NCBI GenBank assembly: GCA_964016885.1
Contig: OZ024741.1
Location: forward strand, 400,458,001-400,522,000
Direction: 5' to 3'
DNA from: Eledone cirrhosa
Taxonomy: Eukaryota
DNA: 64,000 nt
Shown here: positions 9,128 through 20,600 of the stretch, piece by piece
Layout: every line of letters starts with the position of its first letter
How positions within the stretch are numbered: the stretch's first letter is position 1
Program-made: the position numbers and the translations under genes
Notes under the pieces: model-generated
What the model was told of the DNA's origin: nothing
What the model saw: the letters and a program-made list of their open reading frames with translations, nothing else
The model's database searches: none

Positions 9128-11842
9128 TCATCATCATCATCATCATCGTTTAAAGTCCGTGTTCCACGCTTGCATGGGTTTGGACGGGAGTTTTCCCACT
9201 TGAGGCAAGAGTGGTTGTCTTGCTCGCATAGGACTCTCTGGCGGGTTTTCTACAGCTGGATGCCCTTCCTAACACCAACCACATTTACAGTGTGGGACTG
9301 GGAGGTTTTTACCGTGTTGCCTACACGGCCACATTACAGCGTGGACTGTGTGTTTTTTTTTGTCGTGACACCTACACGATCTCATTTGTTTCGGCCTGGA
9401 TGTTGTGGCACCAACATAACTTTACATTGAAAGGGGCGGTGTGGATGGGGTGGGGGTGGTGGGACGGGGGTGTATTTTGTTAGAGATGCCTACTGACTGT
9501 AGTAGGTTTTACTTTGTATTTAGATAAGGCGGGTCTTCTCTATTACTGAGTACCGCCAAAGGTCTCGGTCCAGTGACATTGTCTTGGAGAGGTGTAAGTG
9601 TGTGAGGTCGGAATTTATCAGCTCGTCCCAGGTTTTTCTGGGTCTGCCTACTCCGTGGCTACCGTCTATCTTTATTGCCCTGCACTTTGTTATACAGCTG
9701 ACGTCTTTCATGCGCATCACGTGACCATACCAACTTAGCCTTCTCTCGACTAAACAACATCTGATCCCTCTTATTTCTAATTTTTTCCTTAGTTCGTTTA
9801 TGCTTTGCCGTTCACGTATATTACTATTACACATCCAGCGGAGCGTGCAAGCTTCGTTCCTCTCTAGTCTGCGTATATCATCTGCACACAATGCCCAGGT
9901 CTCACTGCCATGCAACATTGCTGTTCGTATGCAGGCATCATACAACCTGCCTTTCATTTTTAGGGAGAACCCTTTAGCGGCTAATAGTGGTATAAGCTCT
10001 CTGAACTTTTTCCATCCAGTTCTGACTCTAGCTACTGTACTTTCAGAGCACCCTCCCCCACTGCTGATTTTGTCACCCAGGTAACGGAAGCTGTCCACTA
10101 TTTCTATAGAACCCTCTGCACAATTGAAAGAGCTAGTATTTTGTGGGCACATGCTGCTACTTATTGCACCAGAGCACCGGCCACATGTAAAATCTATGTT
10201 CTTAGTTAGCTTACCTGTGATCCCACTACATCTTTTATGCACCCATACTTTGCATTTGGGACATAAAATGGAGTTTCTACCTACGCCTTTCCTACACACT
10301 GAGCATGGCCATTTCCCGGAAGGGACCGGCGCCTTATTTTCTTTCCTACAAACTAGAACTTTAGTCTTAGCCAGGTTAATTTTAAGGCCTTTTGATTCTA
10401 GGCCGTGCTTCCATGTTTGGAATTTCTTCTCTAGCTCGGCCAATGATTCAGCTATGAGCGTTAGATCATCTGCGTATAGGAGTTCCCATGGGCAGCCGGT
10501 CTTGAACTCCACTGTTATAGCCTGAAGGGCAATAATAAATAGTAGGGGGCTAAGAACAGAGCCCTGATGAACACCAACTTTTACACTAAACTCTTCACTA
10601 TATTCGTTGTTAATTCTAACCTTGCTGACTGTTTCTTTATACATGGCTTGTATAGCTCTCACAAGCCATTCGTCAACACCTAGTTTTCTAAGAGCCCACC
10701 AGATAATGGTACGGGGGACTCTGTTGAAGGCTTTCTCCAAGTCAACAAAAGCTAAGTATAGGGGTTTACTTTTAGCTAGGTACTTCTCCTGTAGTTGTCG
10801 TACAATGAAAAGAGCATATGTGGTACTTTTGCCTGACACAAAACCGAACTGCATTTCATCTAGATCAATTCTCTCTCTGATTAGTTGCGCTATTACTTTT
10901 TCCGTGACCTTCATGACCTGGTCGATTAATTTAATGCCTCCATAGTTACTCCTATCTAGGGCATCTCCTTTACCCTTGTAACAGTTAATGATGATGATGC
11001 TACGCCAGTCCTTCGGAACAACCCCATTCTGTATGACTTGGTTTACTATCCGGGTGACCATGGTGTGTCCCACCGTTCCAGAGGCTTTCAGCATCTCAGC
11101 AACTATTTCCGAAGGCCCAGCCGCCTTACCCATCTTCATATTTTTGATTGCCTTACTTATTATACTACCTTCGACTAACACTGCCGGTCCCTCTATTGGG
11201 TCGATGTGGGGGAGACTGTCTTTCTCCCATTTATTCTGCTCATTTAGAAGCCTTTGGTAGTGACACTTCCAAGCTACCTTCTTATCAGCGTCAGTGATGG
11301 CAAGTACGCCATCATCATTAAGTACACACTTCTCCCCGACAAATCACGGTTTTCCTTGACACATTGCCTAGCAATCCTGAACACCTCACGTTTTTGGTTC
11401 TCACGTTGTAGAACATGCTTGAACTTTCTTTCCTCTGCTTCTCTTCTTGCGAAGTACACTTGTCTCCTAGCTTCCCTCCTGGCCACTTGATAGTCTTCTC
11501 TACTTCCCCCATCCCGCCATACTTTCCAAGCCTGCTTTTTGGCCTTAATTGACTCCTCCACCTTACTGTTCCACCACCATGTTACTCTCCTCCTACCTAC
11601 AGGCCTGCTCCAGCTACAGACTTCGTCTGCCGCAGTCAACAGGTTTGCTTTCAGGAATTCCCACTGTTCCTCTATATTATACGACTCTAATTGCTCTTCC
11701 TTACTGTCGAAAGCATCAAGTAACATGCTTTGAAATTTATTTCTGGCTGTGGGGTCCTTTAGGTTCCATATTTTTCACCTGAGGAGAGTCCTCTTCTGTT
11801 GTCTAGTACGTCTCGTCCTGACTATGAGGTCGCTAATTATGT
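9128..11842 (-). mobile_element. 5'-truncated RTE-clade LINE with 3' UTR and (ATG)n tail
   Basis: RT-bearing ORFs 9520-11181 and 11274-11726; reading frame traceable to ~11842 through a stop codon; tail (CAT)n at 9128-9147. Confidence 0.93.
9520..11726 (-). pseudogene. RTE ORF2 remnant: reverse transcriptase plus C4HC3 PHD finger, frameshifted near 11270
   Basis: KAAGP, QFGF, FVDLEKAF, GVHQGSVLSPLLF, LLYADD, FRYLG, RRLSWYGHVMR, GRPRKTW; degenerate TTYA and KAFN. Confidence 0.92.
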
Positions 11843-11858
11843 TGTCTAGTATGTCTCG

Positions 11859-11933
<75 letters not shown>

Positions 11934-11942
11934 TATATATAT

Positions 11943-12205
11943 ATCATCATCATCATCATCATTTCATTTCACGTCCACTTTTCCCTGCTTGCAAGGGTGG
12001 GCCGGGAACTGATTCTGGCTTGATTTCTACAGCTGGATGCCCTTCCTAACACCAACCTCATTTACAGTGAGTGCTGGGTGCTTTTTTGCCGTGGAACCTC
12101 CACGACCACTTTGCAGTGGAATGATATGAACCCCAGTCTCTATCATCTCATTTCTACAGCTGAGTAAACTGGAGCAATGTGAAATAAAGTGTCTTGCTCA
12201 AGGAA

Positions 12206-12209
<4 letters not shown>
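11943..12209 (-). mobile_element. SINE family A, lacking tRNA head
   Basis: Tail plus CORE-like gtgtcttgctcaaggaaac. Confidence 0.9.
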
Positions 12210-12271
<62 letters not shown>

Positions 12272-12472
12272 TTAGTTATACTATTTATGGTTATGTAAAC
12301 ACAAAACCTTAAGCAGTTGTAAGTATTTTACACACACCCTAAATAGTGGTAGGCAGTAATGTATTACTACCTTATTACCAGTAAGTTAAGTAGCTCAATG
12401 TAAAAACATCAGATGATTTACAGAGCAGTTATATGAAATATAAGAATCAAAGAACTGTTCAAAACATTATTG

Positions 12473-12519
12473 TGCTTACAGCTGTTTCCTCCAAACCGAG
12501 GTTTGGATTCTTCGGAGCA
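12473..12519 (-). ncRNA. Type I hammerhead motif, U4C variant (family 4)
   Basis: Mirror copy of 12530-12576. Confidence 0.65.
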
Positions 12520-12529
12520 ATTTATTAAT

Positions 12530-12576
12530 TGCTCCGAAGAATCCAAACCTCGGTTTGGAGGAAACAGCTGTAAGCA
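12530..12576 (+). ncRNA. Type I hammerhead motif, U4C variant (family 4)
   Basis: tgct-CCGAAGA-atccaaac ctcg gtttggag-GAAA-cagctGTA-agca; palindromic stem III ACAGCTGT. Confidence 0.68.
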
Positions 12577-12728
12577 CAATAATGTTTTGAACAGTTCTTT
12601 GATTCTTATATTTCATATATATATATATATATATATTTATAAATGGAATAGAATGAAACGAAATTTCATTTCTCACTCTTAGTACGGCACTTACTTAAAT
12701 GTATGTATGTATGTATGTATACGTACAT

Positions 12729-13341
12729 GGTGGCTGCCAACTCGTTTTCGAGTCCGGCCACTACTTTATATCCATGTAGGAGAACTCCTACCGATGCGCT
12801 GAACAATTGTGACTTTTTAGTCCAGCCAGCGACTTGAAAACTCTGGTACAAACACTACACTTGTGACAATTATTGACACATAGTACTAGGCCCATGGTAC
12901 CATGTGACGACAAGTGCAGAGAGATCTCCAGATATAAAGCAATGCCTGTGCCGTGAAGCTTTTATAGTGAGCAAAGGCACTGCACAAAGCCAGTCCCACT
13001 CTCTTAACCAAGATGATATTTACCAAAAAGAAGAACAAGTCAACATCATTGGATACCATCAGAGTTGCAGGTGTTATATCAGAGTTTTCCTTCTCCTAGA
13101 ATTCTGCCTTGACAAAGGCTAAGGGGTCATCTCTCCCGGTGATTTTGGATGGCCATTGACTCTTAAGAGCTCCTTTGCCCTTTGACAGGTTTTGTTTTTA
13201 GTCCTGCAGGATGTCCAAAGTCACCCTCCTCACCAAGAAACCTTGGTAGGGTTGTCAGTTTAGTCGCCAACGACCCGACCATGAGACAGGTTGTACTGGG
13301 ATACATGTTACTAGTAGCACCAACTGGTGACCTGACATAAT
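12729..13341 (-). mobile_element. Probable RTE-like LINE 5' UTR fragment
   Basis: rc contains ctaggagaaggaaaactctga, a motif I recall from RTE 5' regions; 13143-13341 is homologous to 56952-57150. Confidence 0.55.
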
Positions 13342-13567
13342 GTATACGTACATACATATATGTATACGTACATACATATATGTATACAGACGTACACTAG
13401 TATACATATATATACATACATGCACACATATATATATGCACGTATCGGTTTACCGAACATTTATTACAATGCTCGGTTTGTTTGTTTCTAAACAAATAAA
13501 CAGCCCGAACTACGCCGTACAGTGTTGAGGCAACCACGTCACCTTTTTGTTCAACACTGACACAGGA

Positions 13568-13610
13568 ACGATGTACTAGTTTCAAGCTTATTAGCTATCG
13601 TCAGCATCGC
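13568..13610 (-). ncRNA. Minimal type I hammerhead motif (family 5)
   Basis: rc: gcgatg-CTGACGA-tagct aata agctt-GAAA-ctaGTA-catcgt; palindromic stem III ACTAGT. Confidence 0.88.
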
Positions 13611-13962
13611 ATACCTTCCTGCCAGATAGTTGAACGTCTGAAAGTATATGCTTTCCTTATGCATATTAACGGCTGAGCAGCCCAATTTGCATATCGAGTG
13701 CGTTCAGTCGGCCGGGCACACCGAAAACGATAAATGGAATAGAATGAAACGTGTTGAACAGAAAGGTGACGTGGTTGCCTAGACACTGTACGGCGTAGTT
13801 CGGGCTGTTTGTTTGTTTACAAACAAACATACCGAGCATTGTCATAAATGTTCGGTAAACCGATACGTGCATATATATATGTGTGCATCTATGTATATAT
13901 ATGCATACTACTGTACGTCTGTATACATATATGTATGTACGTATACATACATGCATACTTAC

Positions 13963-14006
<44 letters not shown>

Positions 14007-14152
14007 GTAGAAACATACATATATATATATATGATGATGATGATGATGATGATATATATATATATTTTAGTCTTCAGATTTATTATTATTATTACTATAT
14101 ATATATATCAGATTTCAGATTATTGGCAACATGACCCTCCCAAAGTATAACA

Positions 14153-14186
<34 letters not shown>

Positions 14187-14191
14187 ATATA

Positions 14192-14266
<75 letters not shown>

Positions 14267-14689
14267 CCTTCTTCATTATATAAATTGTAACGAGATGTTT
14301 ATTGATAAAATAAATTGTAAAGATGAAAGATGAAGGTTTATTTCAGCATCCTGTGAGAAAGGTTTCGCTGGTTATTATCATTACTACATAGTTTTATTAT
14401 GTTCAGCAGAAATATCTTATAACTTGTGATAAATATATTATCATAAATATATAAAATGACTCTTCTGTGAGTTTTAATAAATAATTTCAATGTTGAGATC
14501 CAATTACAGAATATATATGTTGGGTTGTTCTTGACTATTGGACTATGGTGAGTGGTTATAAATGGTGGTAAGAAACTCTCCAAATGTCGTCGGAAAAGAA
14601 ACCCCTCACCACAACCAGGTGTTTCTGTGCTGAATTTAAGTTAGTATAACTAAACAAAGAGAATAGTATGCAAGTATCGGAAAGTGGTA

Positions 14690-17600
14690 AGAGACTGTCA
14701 AGAGAGCTGGACAACAGAAGGTCTTCAGAGAAGAAACTGTCAGGAGAGATGGACAACTGAAGGTCTTCAGAGAAGAAACTGTCAAGAGAGCTGGACAACA
14801 GAAGGTCTTCAGAAAAGAAACTGTCAGGAGAGATGGACAACAGAAGGTCTTCAGAGAAGAAACTGTCAAGGGAGCTGGACAACTGAAGGTCTTCAGAGAA
14901 GAAACTGTCAAGAGAGCTGGACAACAGAAGGTCTTCAGAGAAGAAACTGTCAAGAGAGATGGACAACAGAAGGTCTTCAGAGAAGAAACTGTCAGGAGAG
15001 ATGGACGAAAGAAGGTCTTCAGAGAAGAAACTGTAAAGGGAGCTGGACAGCAGAAGATCTTCGGGAGAGCTGGACAACAGATGGATTTCAGAGAAGAATC
15101 CCTCAAGGGAGCTGGACAGTAGAGGGTCTTCAGATAAGAAACTGTCAGGAGAGCTGGACAGCAGATGGTCTTCAGAAAAGAAACTCGCGGGAGAGATGGA
15201 CAACAGAAGGTCTTCAGAGAAGAAACTGTCAGAGACGAAACTGTCATAAGAGCTACAGCAGATCTTCAGAGAAGAAACTCTCGGGACAGATGGAAAACAG
15301 ATGGTCTTCAGAGAAGAAACACTCGGGAGAGCTGAACAACATATGGTCTTCAGAGAAGCAACACTCAAGAGAGCTGGATAGTACAAGTTATTCAGAGAAG
15401 AAACTCTCGGGAGAGCTGGACAACAGAAAGTCTTCAGGGAAGAAACCCTCAAGAGAGCTGGACATTAGAAGTTCTTCAGTAAAGAAACTATCAGGAGAGC
15501 TGGACAACAGATGGTCTTCAGAGAAGAAACTGTCGAGAGAGCTGGACAATGGAAGGTCTTCAGGTTAGAAACTGTCGGGAGAGCTGGACAGCAGAAGGTC
15601 TTCAGAGAAGAAACTCTCGGGAGAGATGGACAACAGATGGTCTTCAGAGAAGAAACTCTCGGGAGAGCTGCACATTGGAAGGTCTTCGGGCTAGAAACTG
15701 TCAGGAGAGCTGGACAACAGAAGGTCTTCAGAGAAGAAACTTTCGGGAGAGATAGACAACAGATGGTCTTCAGAGAAGAAACTGTCAGGGCAGCTGGACA
15801 GTAGAAGGTCTTGAGAGACGAAACTGTCAAGAGAGCTGGACAACAGAAGGTCTTCAGAGAAGAAATTGTCAGGAGAGCTGGATAAGAGAAGGTCTTCAGA
15901 GAAGAAACTGTCAGGAGAGATGGCCAACAGATGGTCTTCAGAGAAGAAACTCTCGGGACAGATGGACAACAGATGGTCTTCAGAGAAGAAACACTCAAGA
16001 TAGCTGGACAGTACAAGTTCTTCAGAGAAGAAACTCTCGGGAGAGCTGGACAACAGAAAGTCTTCAGGGAAGAAACCCTCAAGAGAGCTGGACATTAGAA
16101 TTTCTTCAGTAAAGAAACTATCAGGAGAGCTGGACAACAGATGGTCTTCAGAGAAGAAACTGTCGGGAGAGCTGGACAACACAAGGTCTTCAGAGAAGAA
16201 ACTCCCGGGAGAGATGGACAACAGATGGTATTCAGTTAAGAAACTGTCAGGGGAGCTGGACAGTAGAAGGTCTTCAGAGAAGAATCTCTGGGGAGAGCTG
16301 GACAACAAAAAGGTCTTGAGAGAGAAACTGTCAGGAGAGCTGGACAACAGATGGTCTTCAAAGAAGAAAGGCTCGAGAGAGCTGGACAATGGAAGGTCTT
16401 CAGGGTAGAAACTGTCAGGAGAGCTGGACAACAGAGGGTCTTCAGAGAAGAAACTGTCAAGAGAGATGGACAACAGAAGTTCTTCAGAGAAGAAACTGTC
16501 AAGAGAGCTGGACAGTAGAAGGTCTTCAGAGAAGAAACTGTCAAGAGAGCTGGGCAACAGAAGGTATTCAGAGAAGAAACTGTCAAGAGAGCTGGACAAC
16601 AGAAGGTCTTCAGAAAAGAAACTGTCAGGAGAGCTGGGCAGCAGATGTTAAGAGAAGAAACTGTCAAGAGAGCTGGGCAACAGAAGGTCTTCAGAGAAGA
16701 AATTGTCAAGAGAGCTGGACAACAGTAGGTCTTCAGAGAAGAAACTGTCAGGAGAGATGGACAACGGAAGCTCTTCAGAGAAGAATCTGTCAAGCGAGCT
16801 GGACAACAGAAGGTCTTTCAGAGAAGAAACTGTCAAGAGAGCTGGGCAACAGAAGGTATTGAGAGAAGAAACTGTCAAGAGAGCTGGACAACAGAAGGTA
16901 TTCAGAGAAAAAACTGTCAAGAGAGCTGGACAACAGAAGGTCTTCAGAAAAGAAACTGTCAGGAGAGCTGGGCAGCAGAAGGTCTTCAGAAAGAAACTGT
17001 CATGAGAGATGGACAATAGAAGGTCTTCAGAGAAGAAACTGTCAAGAGAGCTGGGCAACAGAAGCTCTTCAGAGAAGAAACTGTCAAGAGAGATGGACAC
17101 AGAAGATCGTCAGAGAAGAAACTGTCAAGAGAGCTGGACAAAAGAAGGTCTTCAGATAAGAAACTGTCATGAGAGATGGACAACAGAAGGTCTTCAGATA
17201 AGAGCCTGTCAGGAGAGATGGACAACAGAAGGTTTTCAGAGAAGAAACTGTCAAGAGAGATGGACAACAGAAGGTCTTCAGAGAAGAAACTGTCAGGAGA
17301 GCTGGGCAGCAGAAGGTCTTCAGAAAGAAACTGTCATGAGAGATGGGACAATAGAAGTTATTCAGAGAAGAAACTATCAAGAGAGCTGGACAACAGAAGG
17401 TCTTCAGAGAAGAAACTGTCGGGAGAGCTGGACAACACAAGGTCTTCAGAGAAGAAACTCCCGGGAGAGATGGACAACAGATGGTATTCAGTTAAGAAAC
17501 TGTCAGGGGAGCTGGACAGTAGAAGGTCTTCAGAGAAGAATCTCTGGGGAGAGCTGGACAACAAAAAGGTCTTGAGAGAGAAACTGTCAGGAGAGCTGGA

Positions 17601-20600
17601 CAACAGATGGTCTTCAAAGAAGAAAGGCTCGAGAGAGCTGGACAATGGAAGGTCTTCAGGGTAGAAACTGTCAGGAGAGCTGGACAACAGAGGGTCTTCA
17701 GAGAAGAAATTGTCAAGAGAGCTGGACAACAGGTCATCAGAGAAGAAACTGTCATGAGAGATGGACAACAGAAGGTCTTCAGAGAAGAAACGTTCGAGAG
17801 AGATAGAAAACAGATGGTCTTCAGAGAAGAAACTGTCAGGGGAGCTGGACAGTAGAAGGTCTGGAGAGACGAAACTGTCAAGAGAGCTGGACAACAGAAG
17901 GTCTTCAGAGAAGAAACTGACAGGAGAGTTGGACAACAGAAGGTCTTCAGAGAAGAAATTGTCAGGAGAGCTGGACAACAGAAGGTCTTCAGAGAATAAA
18001 CTGTCAAGAGAGATGGACAACAGATGGTCTTCAGAGAAGAAACTCTCTGGACAGATGGACAAGAGATGGTTTCAGAGAAGAAACACTCGGGAGAGCTGGA
18101 CAACACATGGTCTTCAGAGAAGCAACACTCAAGAGAGGTGGACAGTACAAGTTCTTCAGAGAAGAAACTCTCGGGAGAGCTGGACAACAGAAAGTCTTCA
18201 GGGAAGAAACCCTCAAGAGAGCTGGATATTAGAAGTTCTTCAGTAAAGAAACTATCAGGAGAGCTGGACAACAGATATTCTTCAGAGAAGAAACTGTCGG
18301 GAGAGCTGCACAACAGATGGTCTTCAGAGAAGAAACTGTCAGGAGAGCTGGACAGTAGAAGGTCTTCAGAGAAGAAACTCTAGGGGGAGCTGGACAACAG
18401 ATGGTATTCAGAGAAGAAACCCTCAAGAGAGATGGACAGTAGAAAGTCTTCAGAGTAGAAACTGTCAAGAGAGCTGGACAACAGAAGGTCTTGAGAGAAG
18501 ACACTGTCAGGAGAGATGTACAACAGATGGTCTTCAGAGAAGAAACTCTCGGGAGAGCTGGACAACACATGGTCTTCAGAGAAGAAACTGTCAAGAGAGA
18601 TGGACAGTAGAAAGTCTTCAGAGAAGAAACTTTCAGGAGAGCTGGACAACAGATGGTCTTCAGAGAAGAAACTCTCTGGAGAGCTGCGCATTGGAAGGTC
18701 TTCGGGCTAGAAACTGTCAGGAGAGTTGGACAACAGAAGTTCTTCAGAGAAGAAACTTTCTTAAGAGATGGACAACAGATGGTCTTCAGAGAAGAAACTG
18801 TCAGGGGAACTGGACAGTAGGTCTTCAGAGAAGAATCTCTCGGGAGAGCTGGACAACAAAAAGGTCTTGAGAGAGAAACTGTCAAGAGAGCTGGACAACA
18901 GAAAGTCTTCAGAGAAGAAACTGCCAGGAGAGCTTGACAACAGAAGGTCTTCAGAGAAGAAATTGTCAGGAGAGCTGGACAACAGATGGTCTTCAGAGAA
19001 GAAACTTTCAAGAGAGATGGACAACAGATGGTCTTCAGAGAAGAAACTCTCGGGACAGATGGACAACAGATGGTCTTCAGAGGAGAAACACTCAAGATAG
19101 CTGTACAGTACAAGTTCTTCAGAGAAGAAACTGTCGGGAGAGCTGGACAACAGAAAGTCTTCAGGGAAGAAACCCTCAAGAGAGCTGGACATTAGAATTT
19201 CTTCAGTAAAGAAACTATCAGGAGAGCTGGACAACAGATGGTCTTCAGAGAAGAAACTGTCGGGAGAGCTGGACAACACAAGGTCTTCAGAGAAGAAACT
19301 CCCGGGAGAGATGGACAACAGATGGTATTCAGTTAAGAAACTGTCAGGGGAGCTGGACAGTAGAAGGTCTTCAGAGAAGAATCTCTTGGGAGAGCTGGAC
19401 AACAAAAAGGTCTTGAGAGAGAAACAGTCAGGAGAGATGGACAACAGATGGTCTTCAAAGAAGAAACGCTCGAGAGAGCTGGACAATGGAAGGTCTTCAG
19501 GGTAGAAACTGTCAGGAGAGCTGGACAACAGAGGGTCTTCAGAGAAGAAACTGTCAAGAGAGATGGACAACAGAAGTTCTTCAGAGAAGAAACTGTCAAG
19601 AGAGCTGGACAGTAGAAGGTCTTCAGAGAAGAAACTGTAAAGAGAGCTGGACAACAGAAGGTCTTCAGAGAAGAAACTGTCAAGAGAGCTGGGCAACAGA
19701 AGGTATTCAGAGAAGAAACTGTCAAGAGAGCTGGACAACAGAAGGTATTCAGAGAAGAAACTGTCAAGAGAGCTGGACAACAGAAGGTCTTCAGAAAAGA
19801 AACTGTCAGGAGAGCTGGGCAGCAGATGTTAAGAGAAGAAACTGTCAAGAGAGCTGGACAACAGAAGGTCTTCAGAGAAGAAATTGTCAAGAGAGCTGGA
19901 CAACAGTAGGTCTTCAGAGAAGAAACTGTCAGGAGAGATGGACAACGGAAGCTCTTCAGAGAAGAATCTGTCAAGCGAGCTGGACAACAGAAGGTCTTTC
20001 AGAGAAGAAACTGTCAAGAGAGCTGGGCAACAGAAGGTATTGAGAGAAGAAACTGTCAAGAGAGCTGGACAACAGAAGGTATTCAGAGAAAAAACTGTCA
20101 AGAGAGCTGGACAACAGAAGGTCTTCAGAAAAGAAACTGTCAGGAGAGCTGGGCAGCAGAAGGTCTTCAGAAAGAAACTGTCATGAGAGATGGACAATAG
20201 AAGGTCTTCAGAGAAGAAACTGTCAAGAGAGCTGGGCAACAGAAGCTCTTCAGAGAAGAAACTGTCAAGAGAGATGGACACAGAAGATCGTCAGAGAAGA
20301 AACTGTCAAGAGAGCTGGACAAAAGAAGGTCTTCAGATAAGAAACTGTCATGAGAGATGGACAACAGAAGGTCTTCAGATAAGAGCCTGTCAGGAGAGAT
20401 GGACAACAGAAGGTTTTCAGAGAAGAAACTGTCAAGAGAGATGGACAACAGAAGGTCTTCAGATAAGAGCCTGTCAGGAGAGATGAACAATAGAAGGTAT
20501 TCAGAGAAGAAACTCTCGGGAGAGCTGGACAACAGAAGGTCTTCAGAGAAGAAACTGTCAGGAGAGCTGGGCAGCAGAAGGTCTTCAGAAAGAAACTGTC

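Larger units (their letters stand above)
12430..12619. mobile_element. Perfect palindrome (93-bp arms, 4-nt loop) carrying back-to-back hammerhead motifs
   Basis: 12430-12522 is the reverse complement of 12527-12619. Confidence 0.9.
12639..13965. mobile_element. Permuted and inverted hammerhead-bearing element (family 5), interrupted by an insert at 12729-13339
   Basis: ataaatggaatagaatgaaacg at both ~12639 and ~13730; 13340-13557 inverted at 13751-13950; homolog at 51195-51673. Confidence 0.8.

Noticed and set aside
2587-14150. YI-, HT- and SL-rich ORFs
   Set aside because: Translations of (AT)n, (GT)n and (CT)n microsatellites and SINE sequence
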